DNA of 64,000 nucleotides, from assembly GCA_964397545.1 (NCBI GenBank), contig CAYNIW010000003.1:134-64133 (forward strand), read 5' to 3'. Positions 25,917 through 35,570 of the stretch are shown here, in pieces. This DNA comes from an uncultured Desulfuromonadaceae bacterium. GTDB lineage: Bacteria; SDB-A. The notes under the pieces are model-generated. The model saw only the letters and a program-made list of their open reading frames with translations. It was not told the DNA's origin and did no database searches. Numbering within the stretch: position 1 is the first letter of the stretch; each line of letters opens with the position of its first letter. The translations under genes and the position numbers were made by a program.

Positions 25917-26857
25917 AAGAAATGTATTTTTCAAAACCGAGGGTCGCTATAAGCAAATGTATAGAATTCAATTCCTGCAGGTGGAACGGAGCTGTTATTT
26001 CAAGTCCAGTAGTGAAAAAATTTATCGGCAGTTTTGATTTCATTCCTGTCTGTCCCGAGGTTGAAATAGGATTAGGCATTCCGAGAAAACCACTCAGGTT
26101 GATAGACAGAAAAGGTGAAATCCGGATGATTCAGCACGAAACCGAAGCTGACTTCACGTCCGAGATAACCGACTTTTCAGATAATTTTCTTTCTTCTCTT
26201 AAGAGCATCGACGGTTTTATCCTAAAAGACAGATCCCCATCATGCGGTATAAAGGACGTAAAGATTTATCCTCCGGGTGACAAGAAACAGCCTATAAGTT
26301 CGAAAGGCTCCGGATTGTTCGGAGAAAAAGCGGTGTCGAAATTTGGCTCTCTTGCTATTGAAACAGAGGGGCGTCTCAACGACTCAGCCATAAGAGATCA
26401 TTTTCTGACGAAATTATATGCTCTTGCTCGTTTCAGGGAAATTTCAGCACAGCCTGCTATGGGCAAACTAGTCGAATATCATTCGGATAATAAATACCTT
26501 TTTATGGCATACAATCAATCAATATTAAGATACCTCGGAAGAATAACGGCAAACACTGAAAGGGAAAGCGCGGAATCAACATTCTTAAAATACGCCGAAA
26601 AACTGCCCCATGTTTTTATAAGGCAGATGAGGAAAGGCTCTGCTGTCAATGTTCTTCAGCACACGCTTGGCTATTTCTCTGATAAACTGACCCCCAGAGA
26701 GAAAAAATATTTTCTCATAACCGTCGATAAATACAAACAAAACAGATCAGCTCTGAGTGAATGCAGATCTCTTGTAATGTCATGGATAGTCAGATTTGAA
26801 GAAGAATATCTGTTGCGCCAGACATTTTTCTCCCCATATCCGGAGGATTTGTTCTGA
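25913..26857 (+). CDS. DUF523 + DUF1722 domain protein (YbgA / thiouracil desulfidase-like)
   Basis: SKC...CRWNG, VCPEVEIGLGIPR, SPSCG (Fe-S cysteines); C-terminal LVEYHSDNKYLFMA and HTLGYFS...YLLRQTFFSPYP. Confidence 0.9.
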   Translation: MKEMYFSKPRVAISKCIEFNSCRWNGAVISSPVVKKFIGSFDFIPVCPEVEIGLGIPRKPLRLIDRKGEIRMIQHETEADFTSEITDFSDNFLSSLKSIDGFILKDRSPSCGIKDVKIYPPGDKKQPISSKGSGLFGEKAVSKFGSLAIETEGRLNDSAIRDHFLTKLYALARFREISAQPAMGKLVEYHSDNKYLFMAYNQSILRYLGRITANTERESAESTFLKYAEKLPHVFIRQMRKGSAVNVLQHTLGYFSDKLTPREKKYFLITVDKYKQNRSALSECRSLVMSWIVRFEEEYLLRQTFFSPYPEDLF

Positions 26858-26862
26858 CCTCT

Positions 26863-27360
26863 CTAATTTTCTCCGTATGAGGATATTATATTTTCTGCGA
26901 CGGAAAAAAGGAAAAAACTGATACCACCGGAAAAGAGCATTCCTGTGAAGAACTGAAAAAACCATCTTGAATTTATTATACCCAAAAATTCCGATAGCCA
27001 TTCGGCAAAGATAAAAAAAGCGAATACAGTAATAAAAGCGAGATGAATCGGCCATGCCTCAGGATTCAAATACCTCCTTAAAACAGGATACAACAAAGCC
27101 CCCGCTAAAAAAAAACCCAAATCTATTCCAGTGCATCTGAAACAAACAGCAGCAGGATAATCTAAAAAATAAGGACAACGCTCCGGAATTCCGTGGCAGA
27201 GAGCTTTGTAAAAGATTCTTATTTTAGACGAAACCTCGAAAAAACCAAATTTGTCAAGAAATGCAGGCAAAATTCCCAGAGACCACACCGCGAGAAATAT
27301 TACCCCGAAAAATAAAGTCCAGATTGGATATTTTTTTCTGTCGGGATCGAATATTCTCAC
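26863..27360 (-). CDS. DUF2085 family membrane protein
   Basis: LCHGIPERC...VCFRCTGI motif within TM segments. Confidence 0.75.
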   Translation of the reverse strand: MRIFDPDRKKYPIWTLFFGVIFLAVWSLGILPAFLDKFGFFEVSSKIRIFYKALCHGIPERCPYFLDYPAAVCFRCTGIDLGFFLAGALLYPVLRRYLNPEAWPIHLAFITVFAFFIFAEWLSEFLGIINSRWFFQFFTGMLFSGGISFFLFSVAENIISSYGEN

Positions 27361-27373
27361 TTCTGACGGATTA

Positions 27374-28297
27374 TCAACCGATAAGGCACATTTTCAAAAG
27401 CGCCATCCTCACGAAAAGGCCGTTTTGAACCTGCTTGAAATATAGAGATCTGGGATTATTGTCCACTTCTGTCGAGATTTCATCAACCCTCGGCAGGGGG
27501 TGAAGAAGTATGGCTTCTTTCTTCATTGAATCTATTATTGTTTTGTTGACGACGAATTTACCCCTGGATTTTTCGTAATCGTTGGGCCTGTCGAGAAGTC
27601 TTTCTCTCTGTATCCTCGTCATGTACACGACATCAACCTCGGGAGCAATAACGCTTAAATCTTCGGATTCTTCCCAAGCCACATTATGCCTTTCGAGATA
27701 TTCCTTGATATCATCGCGCATTTTTAAACATTCAGGAGAAACAAAAAAGATTTTCACTCCTTCGTATTTGGCCAAAAGATATGAAAGAGAACGGACTGTT
27801 CTGCCGTTTTCGAGATCCCCCACAAGCGCTACTTTTAAGTTATCGCAACCGCTAAAAGACTGTTTAATAGTATGCATATCGAGAAGAGACTGAGTTGGAT
27901 GTTGGCCGGAACCGTCTCCTGCGTTGATAATCGGAACCGTGGCTACCTCTACCGCGGCTTTCGCCGCTCCGCTTTCGTAATGCCTTAGGACAATAATATC
28001 TGAATAACTCTGAAGCGTTCTTACGGTGTCTTGAAGACTTTCTCCTTTTGCCGCTGATGAAAACTCTTTAGCGTTTTCGGTCGATACTATTTCACCGCCA
28101 AGTCTGAGCATTGCCGATTCAAAACTTAACCTTGTCCTTGTGCTGGGTTCATAAAAAACCGTCGCCATGATATGATGCCTTAAAATGTCACTCCCGCCGG
28201 AAAAAGCGATTCTCTCCATTTCTTCAGCTTCACGGAATATTTCTTCCAATAATTCTTTGTTGAACTGCTGTGCTTCTATTACATGCCGAATTTTCAT
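27374..28297 (-). CDS. pyrB: Aspartate carbamoyltransferase catalytic subunit
   Basis: FYEPSTRTRLSFE, HPTQSLLD, VYMTRIQRER, LHPLPR. Confidence 0.97.
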   Translation of the reverse strand: MKIRHVIEAQQFNKELLEEIFREAEEMERIAFSGGSDILRHHIMATVFYEPSTRTRLSFESAMLRLGGEIVSTENAKEFSSAAKGESLQDTVRTLQSYSDIIVLRHYESGAAKAAVEVATVPIINAGDGSGQHPTQSLLDMHTIKQSFSGCDNLKVALVGDLENGRTVRSLSYLLAKYEGVKIFFVSPECLKMRDDIKEYLERHNVAWEESEDLSVIAPEVDVVYMTRIQRERLLDRPNDYEKSRGKFVVNKTIIDSMKKEAILLHPLPRVDEISTEVDNNPRSLYFKQVQNGLFVRMALLKMCLIG

Positions 28298-28316
28298 TCA
28301 GACCTCCGGAAGTTTT

Positions 28317-30755
28317 TCAGTGAGTTTCAAACCAATTCTCGCCCCAAGAAACAGAAACCGTCAAAGGGATATCGAGTTCAACCGCATTTTCCATCGTATT
28401 TTTAACTATTTCAGATGTTTTTTCAACTTCTTTTTCTTCCACTTCAAAAAGCAGTTCGTCATGAATTTGAAGGACAAGAGAAACAGGCAGGCTTTTAACG
28501 GCTTTATTCACTTTCAGCATAGCTATCTTGATAATATCCGCCGCTCCGCCCTGGACAGGAGTATTGAAAACTTTTCGTTTAGCTCTTTCTCTTTCATTGA
28601 AGTTTCTGCTGTCCAAACCTCTTATAAGTCTTCTTCTACCGGTAAAAGTTCTCACTTCCCCTTCAATTAATGCTTTATCAACGAGAGTTTCCTGCCAATT
28701 TTTTATTTTAGAAAACCTGCCGAAATAACTTTCAATAAAGCTCTTTGCTTCTGCTAAGCTGATATTTAAATCTTTGGATAGCTTAAACGGGGACATTCCG
28801 TAAAGGACTCCGAAATTTACTGTTTTTGCTAGATTTCTCTGAGTTATTCCGATTGTATCCGAATCGCCGGAGAAGAGTTCGGAAGCTGTCCGCGAATGTA
28901 TATCTTCTCCTTTCCTGAACGCTTCGAGAAAAGTTTCGTCTCCGGATAGATGCGCGGCAAGCCTCAATTCGATTTGCGAATAATCAGCGGAAAGAATTTT
29001 TTTCCCATCGGGCGCCCTGAAGGCTTTTCTTATCTCTCTCGCTCCTGGATTTTTAATTGGTATATTCTGCAGATTAGGTTCATGCGAGGCAAATCTTCCA
29101 GTCGCGGTGGAACGTAAGTCGAATTTACAGTGCAGTCTCGAAGAATCATCAACAAGGTCCGGTATGACATTTATGTAAGTAGAGAGCATCTTGGATATAA
29201 ATCTATGTTCAAGAATCATTTCGACCACGGGATGGAAAGCCCGTATTTGTTCAAGCGCGTAAGAATCCGTGGAATAGCCTGTCTTTGTTTTCGAAACTGC
29301 CGGAAGTTTCAATTTCTCATATAAAAAAAAAGCAAGCTGCTTAGGAGATCTCGGGTTGACATTCCCGCCGGATTCCTCCTTTATTTTTTCTTCTATTCTG
29401 TCCAATTCCTCTTTGTAATAAACACTCATTTGGCGAAGGAAAGGCGTGTCGACAAATATGCCTTTTTTCTCCATTTTATATACTATTGGAATCAGCGGCT
29501 TTTCAATATTTTCGTATAGATCAATAACACCGTAATCTTTCATGGAATTTCGGAGATTTTTCCAAACCAAAGGAAGAGAGCGTATCGATTCTTCAGGATT
29601 TAACTGCATTTTTAATTGCTTTCCTGCGAGTGCTTCCGGGGAAAAAGGTCCGCTTTCCGGATCAAGAAGATAGGAAGCAGTTCCCGCGTCTTCAAACTTC
29701 TGCGGCATAACGTCCGATACTTGAGCCAATTCTTTTATGTCGTCGGAGACAATCGAATCTTCGTAATTCATTAGCTCCTCTGGCAAAATAATCCTGCAAG
29801 CCCTCCCATCTGAAGCATAAATTCTTCCCTCTAAAATCGAAACTCCTATGTATCCGGAAATATACTCTGAATGCAATTTCTCCGTGGATAGAATTTCCTC
29901 TTTTTTATTCTTGAATCCGAATTCAGCCGCGATTTTTCTCATCCCCCATTCAACCAAATAGTCCGCGGCTTCTTTTTCTTGAAGCTTCACTTTTAATTCT
30001 TCAATTGAGGGGACTTTAAGATCCTGTCTCAGCTCAATCAATTGTTTTGCTTTCTCGATAGTAGCCGAGCTCTGCTCTATAGATCTTGTAATTCTCGCCG
30101 AAGCGTATTTTGAAGGATTTTCAATTAAATTGTCTATACCTCCGCTTTCCTGAAGAAGCTTTACGGCGGTTTTAGGTCCGACTCCGGGAACTCCTGGGAT
30201 GTTATCGCTCGAATCGCCTGTTAAAAGAAGATAGTCCTTTATCTTTGAAGGCTCAACTCCAAATTTAACTTTTACTCTTTTCTCATCTATGAGGTCCCAT
30301 TTCCCGTATTTATCCGGATAAATCAGTGACACGCCTTTTCTGACAAGCTGCGCGATGTCTTTGTCCCGGGTCACTATTAGTATTTCTTCACGTGAACTGT
30401 AAGCGTTGACAAGAGATGCTATTATGTCGTCCGCCTCGAAATCTTCCATTCTCAAAACCGGGCAACCGAATTTCGGGAGCCCCGTTGCCAAACTTTCTAT
30501 CTGTTCGGACAAGGCTTCAGGCATTTTTTGTCTGTTGGATTTGTATTCCGGGTATATTTCCTTTCTGAAAGAAGGTTTTTTCCCGTCAAACACGGCTACG
30601 ATATCATGAGAGGAAAATGTTTTTTTTAAGGACAATATTGTCTGAAGGAAACCGTAAACCACCCCGCTCTCTCTGCCGTCGGGAGACCTCAACTCAGCTT
30701 TCTGCAGGGCGAAATAACTTCTGTAAGCCAGTGAAAATGCATCTAACAATATCAT
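28317..30755 (-). CDS. polA: DNA polymerase I (5'-3' exonuclease + polymerase; vestigial 3'-5' exonuclease)
   Basis: EADDIIAS, GDSSDNIPGVPGVGPKTA, TGRFASHEPNLQNIP, ADYSQIELR, AKTVNFGVLYG, QIHDELLFE. Confidence 0.95.
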   Translation of the reverse strand: MILLDAFSLAYRSYFALQKAELRSPDGRESGVVYGFLQTILSLKKTFSSHDIVAVFDGKKPSFRKEIYPEYKSNRQKMPEALSEQIESLATGLPKFGCPVLRMEDFEADDIIASLVNAYSSREEILIVTRDKDIAQLVRKGVSLIYPDKYGKWDLIDEKRVKVKFGVEPSKIKDYLLLTGDSSDNIPGVPGVGPKTAVKLLQESGGIDNLIENPSKYASARITRSIEQSSATIEKAKQLIELRQDLKVPSIEELKVKLQEKEAADYLVEWGMRKIAAEFGFKNKKEEILSTEKLHSEYISGYIGVSILEGRIYASDGRACRIILPEELMNYEDSIVSDDIKELAQVSDVMPQKFEDAGTASYLLDPESGPFSPEALAGKQLKMQLNPEESIRSLPLVWKNLRNSMKDYGVIDLYENIEKPLIPIVYKMEKKGIFVDTPFLRQMSVYYKEELDRIEEKIKEESGGNVNPRSPKQLAFFLYEKLKLPAVSKTKTGYSTDSYALEQIRAFHPVVEMILEHRFISKMLSTYINVIPDLVDDSSRLHCKFDLRSTATGRFASHEPNLQNIPIKNPGAREIRKAFRAPDGKKILSADYSQIELRLAAHLSGDETFLEAFRKGEDIHSRTASELFSGDSDTIGITQRNLAKTVNFGVLYGMSPFKLSKDLNISLAEAKSFIESYFGRFSKIKNWQETLVDKALIEGEVRTFTGRRRLIRGLDSRNFNERERAKRKVFNTPVQGGAADIIKIAMLKVNKAVKSLPVSLVLQIHDELLFEVEEKEVEKTSEIVKNTMENAVELDIPLTVSVSWGENWFETH

Positions 30756-31321
30756 ATATAGATGCCGCGTTTTACTATGTAGGATGACAATTCGTTTCCG
30801 ACAAATGATGCCGCGCTAAGGCCGGTTTTGAAATATTTTCTTATCTCAGTAGAAGAGACGTCAATTCTTCTGTTTATCAGATGCAGTCTTTTTTCGGGTA
30901 TATTCAATTCTTCAAAGCCGTCGTGTCTCATCATCACTATAAAATCAACTTTATTTTTTAACATCTCTGCGTTCTTCCAGGAATCAATTGATTTCGCCTG
31001 ATCAAAACCTATCATGAGAAAAAAATCGTTTTTTCCGGCGAATTCTTTTCTCAAAGAATTAATGGTCTCACAAGTGAAATTCGGTTTTTGGAGATTTTCT
31101 TCTATTTGAGACACTTGGATAAACATAAAATTTTGAGTTAATATCCTGCAAAACTCTAATCTTTCTTTAAACGACGCAACAGGTTTTTCTTTATGGCATG
31201 GCGTGTGGTTGACAACCCATAGTATTTTTTGAAGTTTGAATTTGTTGAATGATTCTTCAGAAAAAATTAAATGTCCGATGTGAGGGGGATCGAAACTGCC
31301 TCCGAAAATCCCCAATCTCAC
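30752..31321 (-). CDS. nadD: Nicotinate-nucleotide adenylyltransferase
   Basis: GIFGGSFDPPHIGH, MIGFD, VSSTEIR. Confidence 0.92.
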   Translation of the reverse strand: MRLGIFGGSFDPPHIGHLIFSEESFNKFKLQKILWVVNHTPCHKEKPVASFKERLEFCRILTQNFMFIQVSQIEENLQKPNFTCETINSLRKEFAGKNDFFLMIGFDQAKSIDSWKNAEMLKNKVDFIVMMRHDGFEELNIPEKRLHLINRRIDVSSTEIRKYFKTGLSAASFVGNELSSYIVKRGIYI

Positions 31322-32107
31322 TTACTCCTCCAGAGTCGGATCATTCGTTTCCGGAGAATTTTGTAAACCAGGCATTTCCATCAATTTCTCTCTGGCTTTT
31401 TGCGAAAATTCGGTATCGTATTGGGCCGCTTTCTGTAAGTGCATTCGGGCGGCGGTATAGTCCCCGATTTTCAAAGCAGATAAAGCGGCTTCGTATTCCG
31501 CTTGGGAGACATAATCTGAATTAGGATATACAGTGGATGCAGCCGATAGAACGAGGTAGGCGGACTCATGCCTGTTCATCTTTCTATAGACCTGAGCCTG
31601 ATATATGAGTTTTCTCATTAAAGTATTTTCGCAATACCTTATTCTTTCATGAACTTCGGCGGATCTCCCGTCTGTAGGAAATCTCGCTAAAAAAAGCCTG
31701 TATGTTTCCAACGCATATCTTATTTTGAGAAGGTCCCTTTCAAAAGAAGGAGATGACTTCTCGTAGGACTGAGCCCAATAAAATACAGCGCTGGAGAGCA
31801 GAGAATCAGAGGGATATTTATTGTAGAATACTTTGAATGTCTCTACCGCGTCATCGTATTTCCTGTCGTTGAAATATGACAATCCCGACATATATAGAGC
31901 GTAGCTTTTATAACGCGTGAAATCGAAACTCAAATATAAGAAGTTGAAAGCTTCTGCCGCTTCTGAATAATCACCTTTCTCGAAAAGTTCCTGAGCGAGG
32001 GCGAGAGCGACGCTTTCATCTGTATAACTTTCCAAATTCAGTCTTTTCGGGGAACAGCCGGCTGCAAGAGTTATTGAGAATAATAATAATAACAAGGTTT
32101 TGTTCAC
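31322..32107 (-). CDS. bamD: Outer membrane protein assembly factor BamD-like TPR lipoprotein
   Basis: Lipobox LAAGC; TPRs; ERDL...ALETYRLFLARFP; DYVSQA. Confidence 0.85.
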   Translation of the reverse strand: MNKTLLLLLFSITLAAGCSPKRLNLESYTDESVALALAQELFEKGDYSEAAEAFNFLYLSFDFTRYKSYALYMSGLSYFNDRKYDDAVETFKVFYNKYPSDSLLSSAVFYWAQSYEKSSPSFERDLLKIRYALETYRLFLARFPTDGRSAEVHERIRYCENTLMRKLIYQAQVYRKMNRHESAYLVLSAASTVYPNSDYVSQAEYEAALSALKIGDYTAARMHLQKAAQYDTEFSQKAREKLMEMPGLQNSPETNDPTLEE

Positions 32108-32115
32108 TTTTTCTC

Positions 32116-33027
32116 CTATATCATTTGAAGAAGTTTAATCGCTTTTTCCCGAATTACCGAGCTTCGCTCTATTTCGAGAACTCTTTCAAGATAAATCCTT
32201 CCTTTTGTATAATTTTCAGAAGCCACGTATAGACTTCCAGCGAGCCATGCCGCCTCAGCCGAAGTCGTCCCCTGAGTGAGATAGGAAGCCTCAGAAAGAT
32301 AACCGAGCGCTTCTCCATGTCTTCCTTTTTCTATAAGCTCTCTGGACATTTCGACAAGCAAATCGGCTTTTTCCTGCATGATCTGAATTTTGTCCGCGTC
32401 TGGTTTAATCAAAGCGGAATCAAGCCATGAAACCGATATTTCGAACATTTTTCTGCTCTTGTATATATTGCTAAGAAGAATACAGGCGTTTAATGAAAGG
32501 TCTTCGTATTTGAGCGATCTCGATAGCACATTCAAGGCGTTTGCCGTGTCGTTTTCAAGAAGAAAAGAACGCGTGATTTCAGTCAAGGCTTGCTTTCCGA
32601 CTGCATTTTGATCTATTAGAAAAGCTTTTTTTGAAAAAATAACTTCTTCTGAAAATCTGCCTTCATAAGAAAGTTTATCAATTATCTGCGTATATCTCAA
32701 AATGACAGTATCTTTCATGTCTTTTCTCAGAGCATACAATTCTTCAAGTGTCGCAGAAGAACTCAAATACTCGCCGAGTTTTATATCTATATCCGCAGAC
32801 AGAATCAGCGCTTGAACTTTGTCGTTTTCCGACAAATCTTCAGAGATTAAAGAAGAATCGAGAACAACTTTTGCCCTGTCATAAAGGCCTTCGTAATAGA
32901 GCTTCCTGGCTCTGTTAAATCTGTCTTCTCCTGATTTGTTTGTGCAGAAAGAAAAAACTGCAAAAAACAATAAAGCCGAAGCCTTAAATATTCTTCTGTT
33001 CAAAAAGATTGTCGAGGGTTGGAACAT
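32116..33027 (-). CDS. Exported TPR-repeat protein
   Basis: Hydrophobic N-terminus with Cys (FSFC, possible lipoprotein); helical TPR-like repeats. Confidence 0.7.
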   Translation of the reverse strand: MFQPSTIFLNRRIFKASALLFFAVFSFCTNKSGEDRFNRARKLYYEGLYDRAKVVLDSSLISEDLSENDKVQALILSADIDIKLGEYLSSSATLEELYALRKDMKDTVILRYTQIIDKLSYEGRFSEEVIFSKKAFLIDQNAVGKQALTEITRSFLLENDTANALNVLSRSLKYEDLSLNACILLSNIYKSRKMFEISVSWLDSALIKPDADKIQIMQEKADLLVEMSRELIEKGRHGEALGYLSEASYLTQGTTSAEAAWLAGSLYVASENYTKGRIYLERVLEIERSSVIREKAIKLLQMI

Positions 33028-33532
33028 TTGACTTCATTTTACGTTTGATGTGAGGAAACGCGTCGTCAATTTCAACTTTTTTGTATTTAATTTCTCCTGA
33101 TTCAATCGCTTTTAACTGGGCTTCAAGAAATGCCTTTATCTGAGCTTTAATGTTAATCCTGTGAGTGTTTAATGCTGATATTTCGCTCGTGATTTCTACA
33201 ACCTGAGACCGTGCTCTCTCAATTATGGTCTCACCCTGCAATTTCGCATTCTGAATAATCAATTCCGCTTCCTGTTCCGCGTTTTTTCTTATTTGTTCTG
33301 ACGATTTCTGAGCTGAAGTCAGTGTGTTTTGAAGAGTAGATTCCATGCTCTTGTAATCTTCAAGCCTCTGTTCGAGATTTCTGAACTGTTCTTTCAAAGA
33401 CATATTCTCTCTATTCAAACTCTCCAGCTGATCTGCGACGATCTCAAGAAAACTTTCGACTTCCTGAACGTCAAAGCCGCGAAAAGCCTTCTTGAATTCC
33501 ATCTTTCTTATTTCAAGCGGCGTTATTCCCAT
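32984..33532 (-). CDS. divIVA: DivIVA domain protein
   Basis: ITPLEIRKMEFKKAFRGFDVQEVESFL followed by coiled coil; ATG 33532 follows GAGG. Confidence 0.9.
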   Translation of the reverse strand: MGITPLEIRKMEFKKAFRGFDVQEVESFLEIVADQLESLNRENMSLKEQFRNLEQRLEDYKSMESTLQNTLTSAQKSSEQIRKNAEQEAELIIQNAKLQGETIIERARSQVVEITSEISALNTHRINIKAQIKAFLEAQLKAIESGEIKYKKVEIDDAFPHIKRKMKSNVPTLDNLFEQKNI

Positions 33533-33533
33533 A

Positions 33534-34229
33534 TCAATACCTCTTTCCAAAAAGGGCTGAGCCCAACCTAATCATTGTGCTGCCCTCTTCAACAGCTATT
33601 TCGTAATCGGAACTCATTCCCATAGAAACATTGGGTAAATTACATTTCTGACTTAAATTATAAAGAATTGAAAACTGCCTTCTCGTCTCTTTATCCCCGG
33701 CGTTTAATTCTGCTATTCCCATAACGCCTTTTAATTCTATATTTTTACAGCTAAATAAATAATTTGTCAAATCATCGAAACACTCAAGGCTTACTCCGCT
33801 TTTAGATTTCTCTCCCGAAATGTTCACTTGAACGTATGACGGAAATTTATATCCTTTGTTATCAAGCATTTTCCCATCCAATATTTTTTCAATCTTTTCA
33901 GCAAGCTCTATTGAGTCTATCGTCTGAATTACATCAAAAAAGGAAAGTGCTTTTTCAACTTTGTTTTTCTGAAGATGCCCGATGAAATGCTTTCTAAAAC
34001 AACCCGTATCTTGACCAAATTTCGAAAATGCCTCCTGTACCCTGTTTTCGCCGATATCTGTGATTCCTTCCGATACAGCTATGTCGACCGCAGGTCTTTC
34101 AAAGCCTTTCGTAACCGCGAGAATAGTCACTTTCTCCGGCTGCCTTGAAGCTCTCATACATGCATCTAAGACTTTTTCACGGACGATTCGAAGGTTTTGC
34201 CTGAATTCATCAGGATCCAAAGCTCTCAT
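33534..34229 (-). CDS. yggS: PLP homeostasis protein YggS/YlmE
   Basis: LAVTK, IGENRVQE, HFIGHLQKNK, SMGMSSDYEIAVEEGSTMIRLG; start taken as ATG 34229. Confidence 0.92.
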   Translation of the reverse strand: MRALDPDEFRQNLRIVREKVLDACMRASRQPEKVTILAVTKGFERPAVDIAVSEGITDIGENRVQEAFSKFGQDTGCFRKHFIGHLQKNKVEKALSFFDVIQTIDSIELAEKIEKILDGKMLDNKGYKFPSYVQVNISGEKSKSGVSLECFDDLTNYLFSCKNIELKGVMGIAELNAGDKETRRQFSILYNLSQKCNLPNVSMGMSSDYEIAVEEGSTMIRLGSALFGKRY

Positions 34230-34233
34230 CCGA

Positions 34234-35517
34234 TCAGTTGTTTTGCCTTCTGAGATAAGCAGGTTCAATCAGTTCATCTGAATTGTAAAGATCTAATTCG
34301 TCTTCTATAGGTCTGTTTTTTCTCAGTCTCTGCCTCTTGTTAAAAATTTCCTTTTTCCTGTTTTCCTTTTCTTCTTCGGTTTCTTCCGATACCTCTTCGG
34401 CTGCTTCAATAACCTCACTGTCAAAAAGATCTTCATTTTCCTCTCCGGAAGTCCAGGCAAAATGCCTGTCCAGAGAGTTCTTCAACTGACTGTCTTTTTC
34501 CAAAACCAGTTCCTGAACACCTATGCTTCTAATGTCTTTCTTGCCTTTTTTGGCTCCTATACCTGTCGCAATTATGGTAATTTCGAGTCTGTTGTTGTAA
34601 GTCGAGTCGTATCTTATGCCGAAAAGGATTTCTTTTTCTCCGTCATCTCCGATTTTTTCCTGAATCAACTGCATGACATTGTCAATTTCTTCGAGTTTAA
34701 GGTCTTCAGGCCCCGTGATATTGACAAGAACGCTTGAGGCTTCCGTTATGGAAACGTCGTCGAGAAGGGGTGAATTTATCGCCTCATTCGCGGCTTGAAC
34801 GGCTCTGTCTTCTCCGCTTCCATAGCCAATTCCCATTAATGCTTTCCCGCCTTTTCCCATTACTCTTTTTATGTCCGCGAAATCAAGATTTATCTGGCCC
34901 TGTTTGATGATAAGATCAGAAACGCCTTTTGTGGCTTTGACGAGGACGCCGTCAACGTACTTAAAAGCGTCTTTAGCCGTGATCTGCTTAGAATAAAGAG
35001 TCCTTATGTTGTCATTGTGAATTACGAGGATAGTGTCTGATGAAGCTGAAAGCTCTTTTACTCCTCGCGTTGCCACTTCGAAGCGTTTTCTTCCTTCCCA
35101 GTTGAAGGGAAGCGTCACGACTGAAACCGTAACCGCTCCGGACTGCTTTGCCGCTTTGGCTATTGTTGAGGAAGCGCCTGTTCCCGTGCCTCCTCCCATC
35201 CCCGCAGTAATGAAAACCATGTCAATGCCTTTGAACATTTCTTCAATTTCCCTCAGGCTTTCTTCAGCTGCTTTTTTGCCCTTTTCGGGGTCAAAACCCG
35301 TTCCGAGACCGCGAGTTGTCTCTTTGCCTATTTGGATCTTTTTCTGAGCACGGGATTTTATGAGATCCTGAAGATCCGTATTGACGACGACAATATTCAC
35401 TCCTTCTATGCCTTCTTCAACCATTGTGTTCACAGTATTCCCACCGGCTCCTCCTACACCTACCACCACAATCTTTGCCAGGGGGAGTTCCTGCGGAGCC
35501 ATTTCAAATATCCCCAT
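34234..35517 (-). CDS. ftsZ: Cell division protein FtsZ
   Basis: VVGVGGAGGN, tubulin signature GMGGGTGTG, INLDFAD, C-terminal IEPAYLRRQ. Confidence 0.98.
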   Translation of the reverse strand: MGIFEMAPQELPLAKIVVVGVGGAGGNTVNTMVEEGIEGVNIVVVNTDLQDLIKSRAQKKIQIGKETTRGLGTGFDPEKGKKAAEESLREIEEMFKGIDMVFITAGMGGGTGTGASSTIAKAAKQSGAVTVSVVTLPFNWEGRKRFEVATRGVKELSASSDTILVIHNDNIRTLYSKQITAKDAFKYVDGVLVKATKGVSDLIIKQGQINLDFADIKRVMGKGGKALMGIGYGSGEDRAVQAANEAINSPLLDDVSITEASSVLVNITGPEDLKLEEIDNVMQLIQEKIGDDGEKEILFGIRYDSTYNNRLEITIIATGIGAKKGKKDIRSIGVQELVLEKDSQLKNSLDRHFAWTSGEENEDLFDSEVIEAAEEVSEETEEEKENRKKEIFNKRQRLRKNRPIEDELDLYNSDELIEPAYLRRQNN

Positions 35518-35570
35518 TTATTCCTCCTTTTACTTTATTCACCGGCGATTTAATCCTCTTCAGTATTCTT

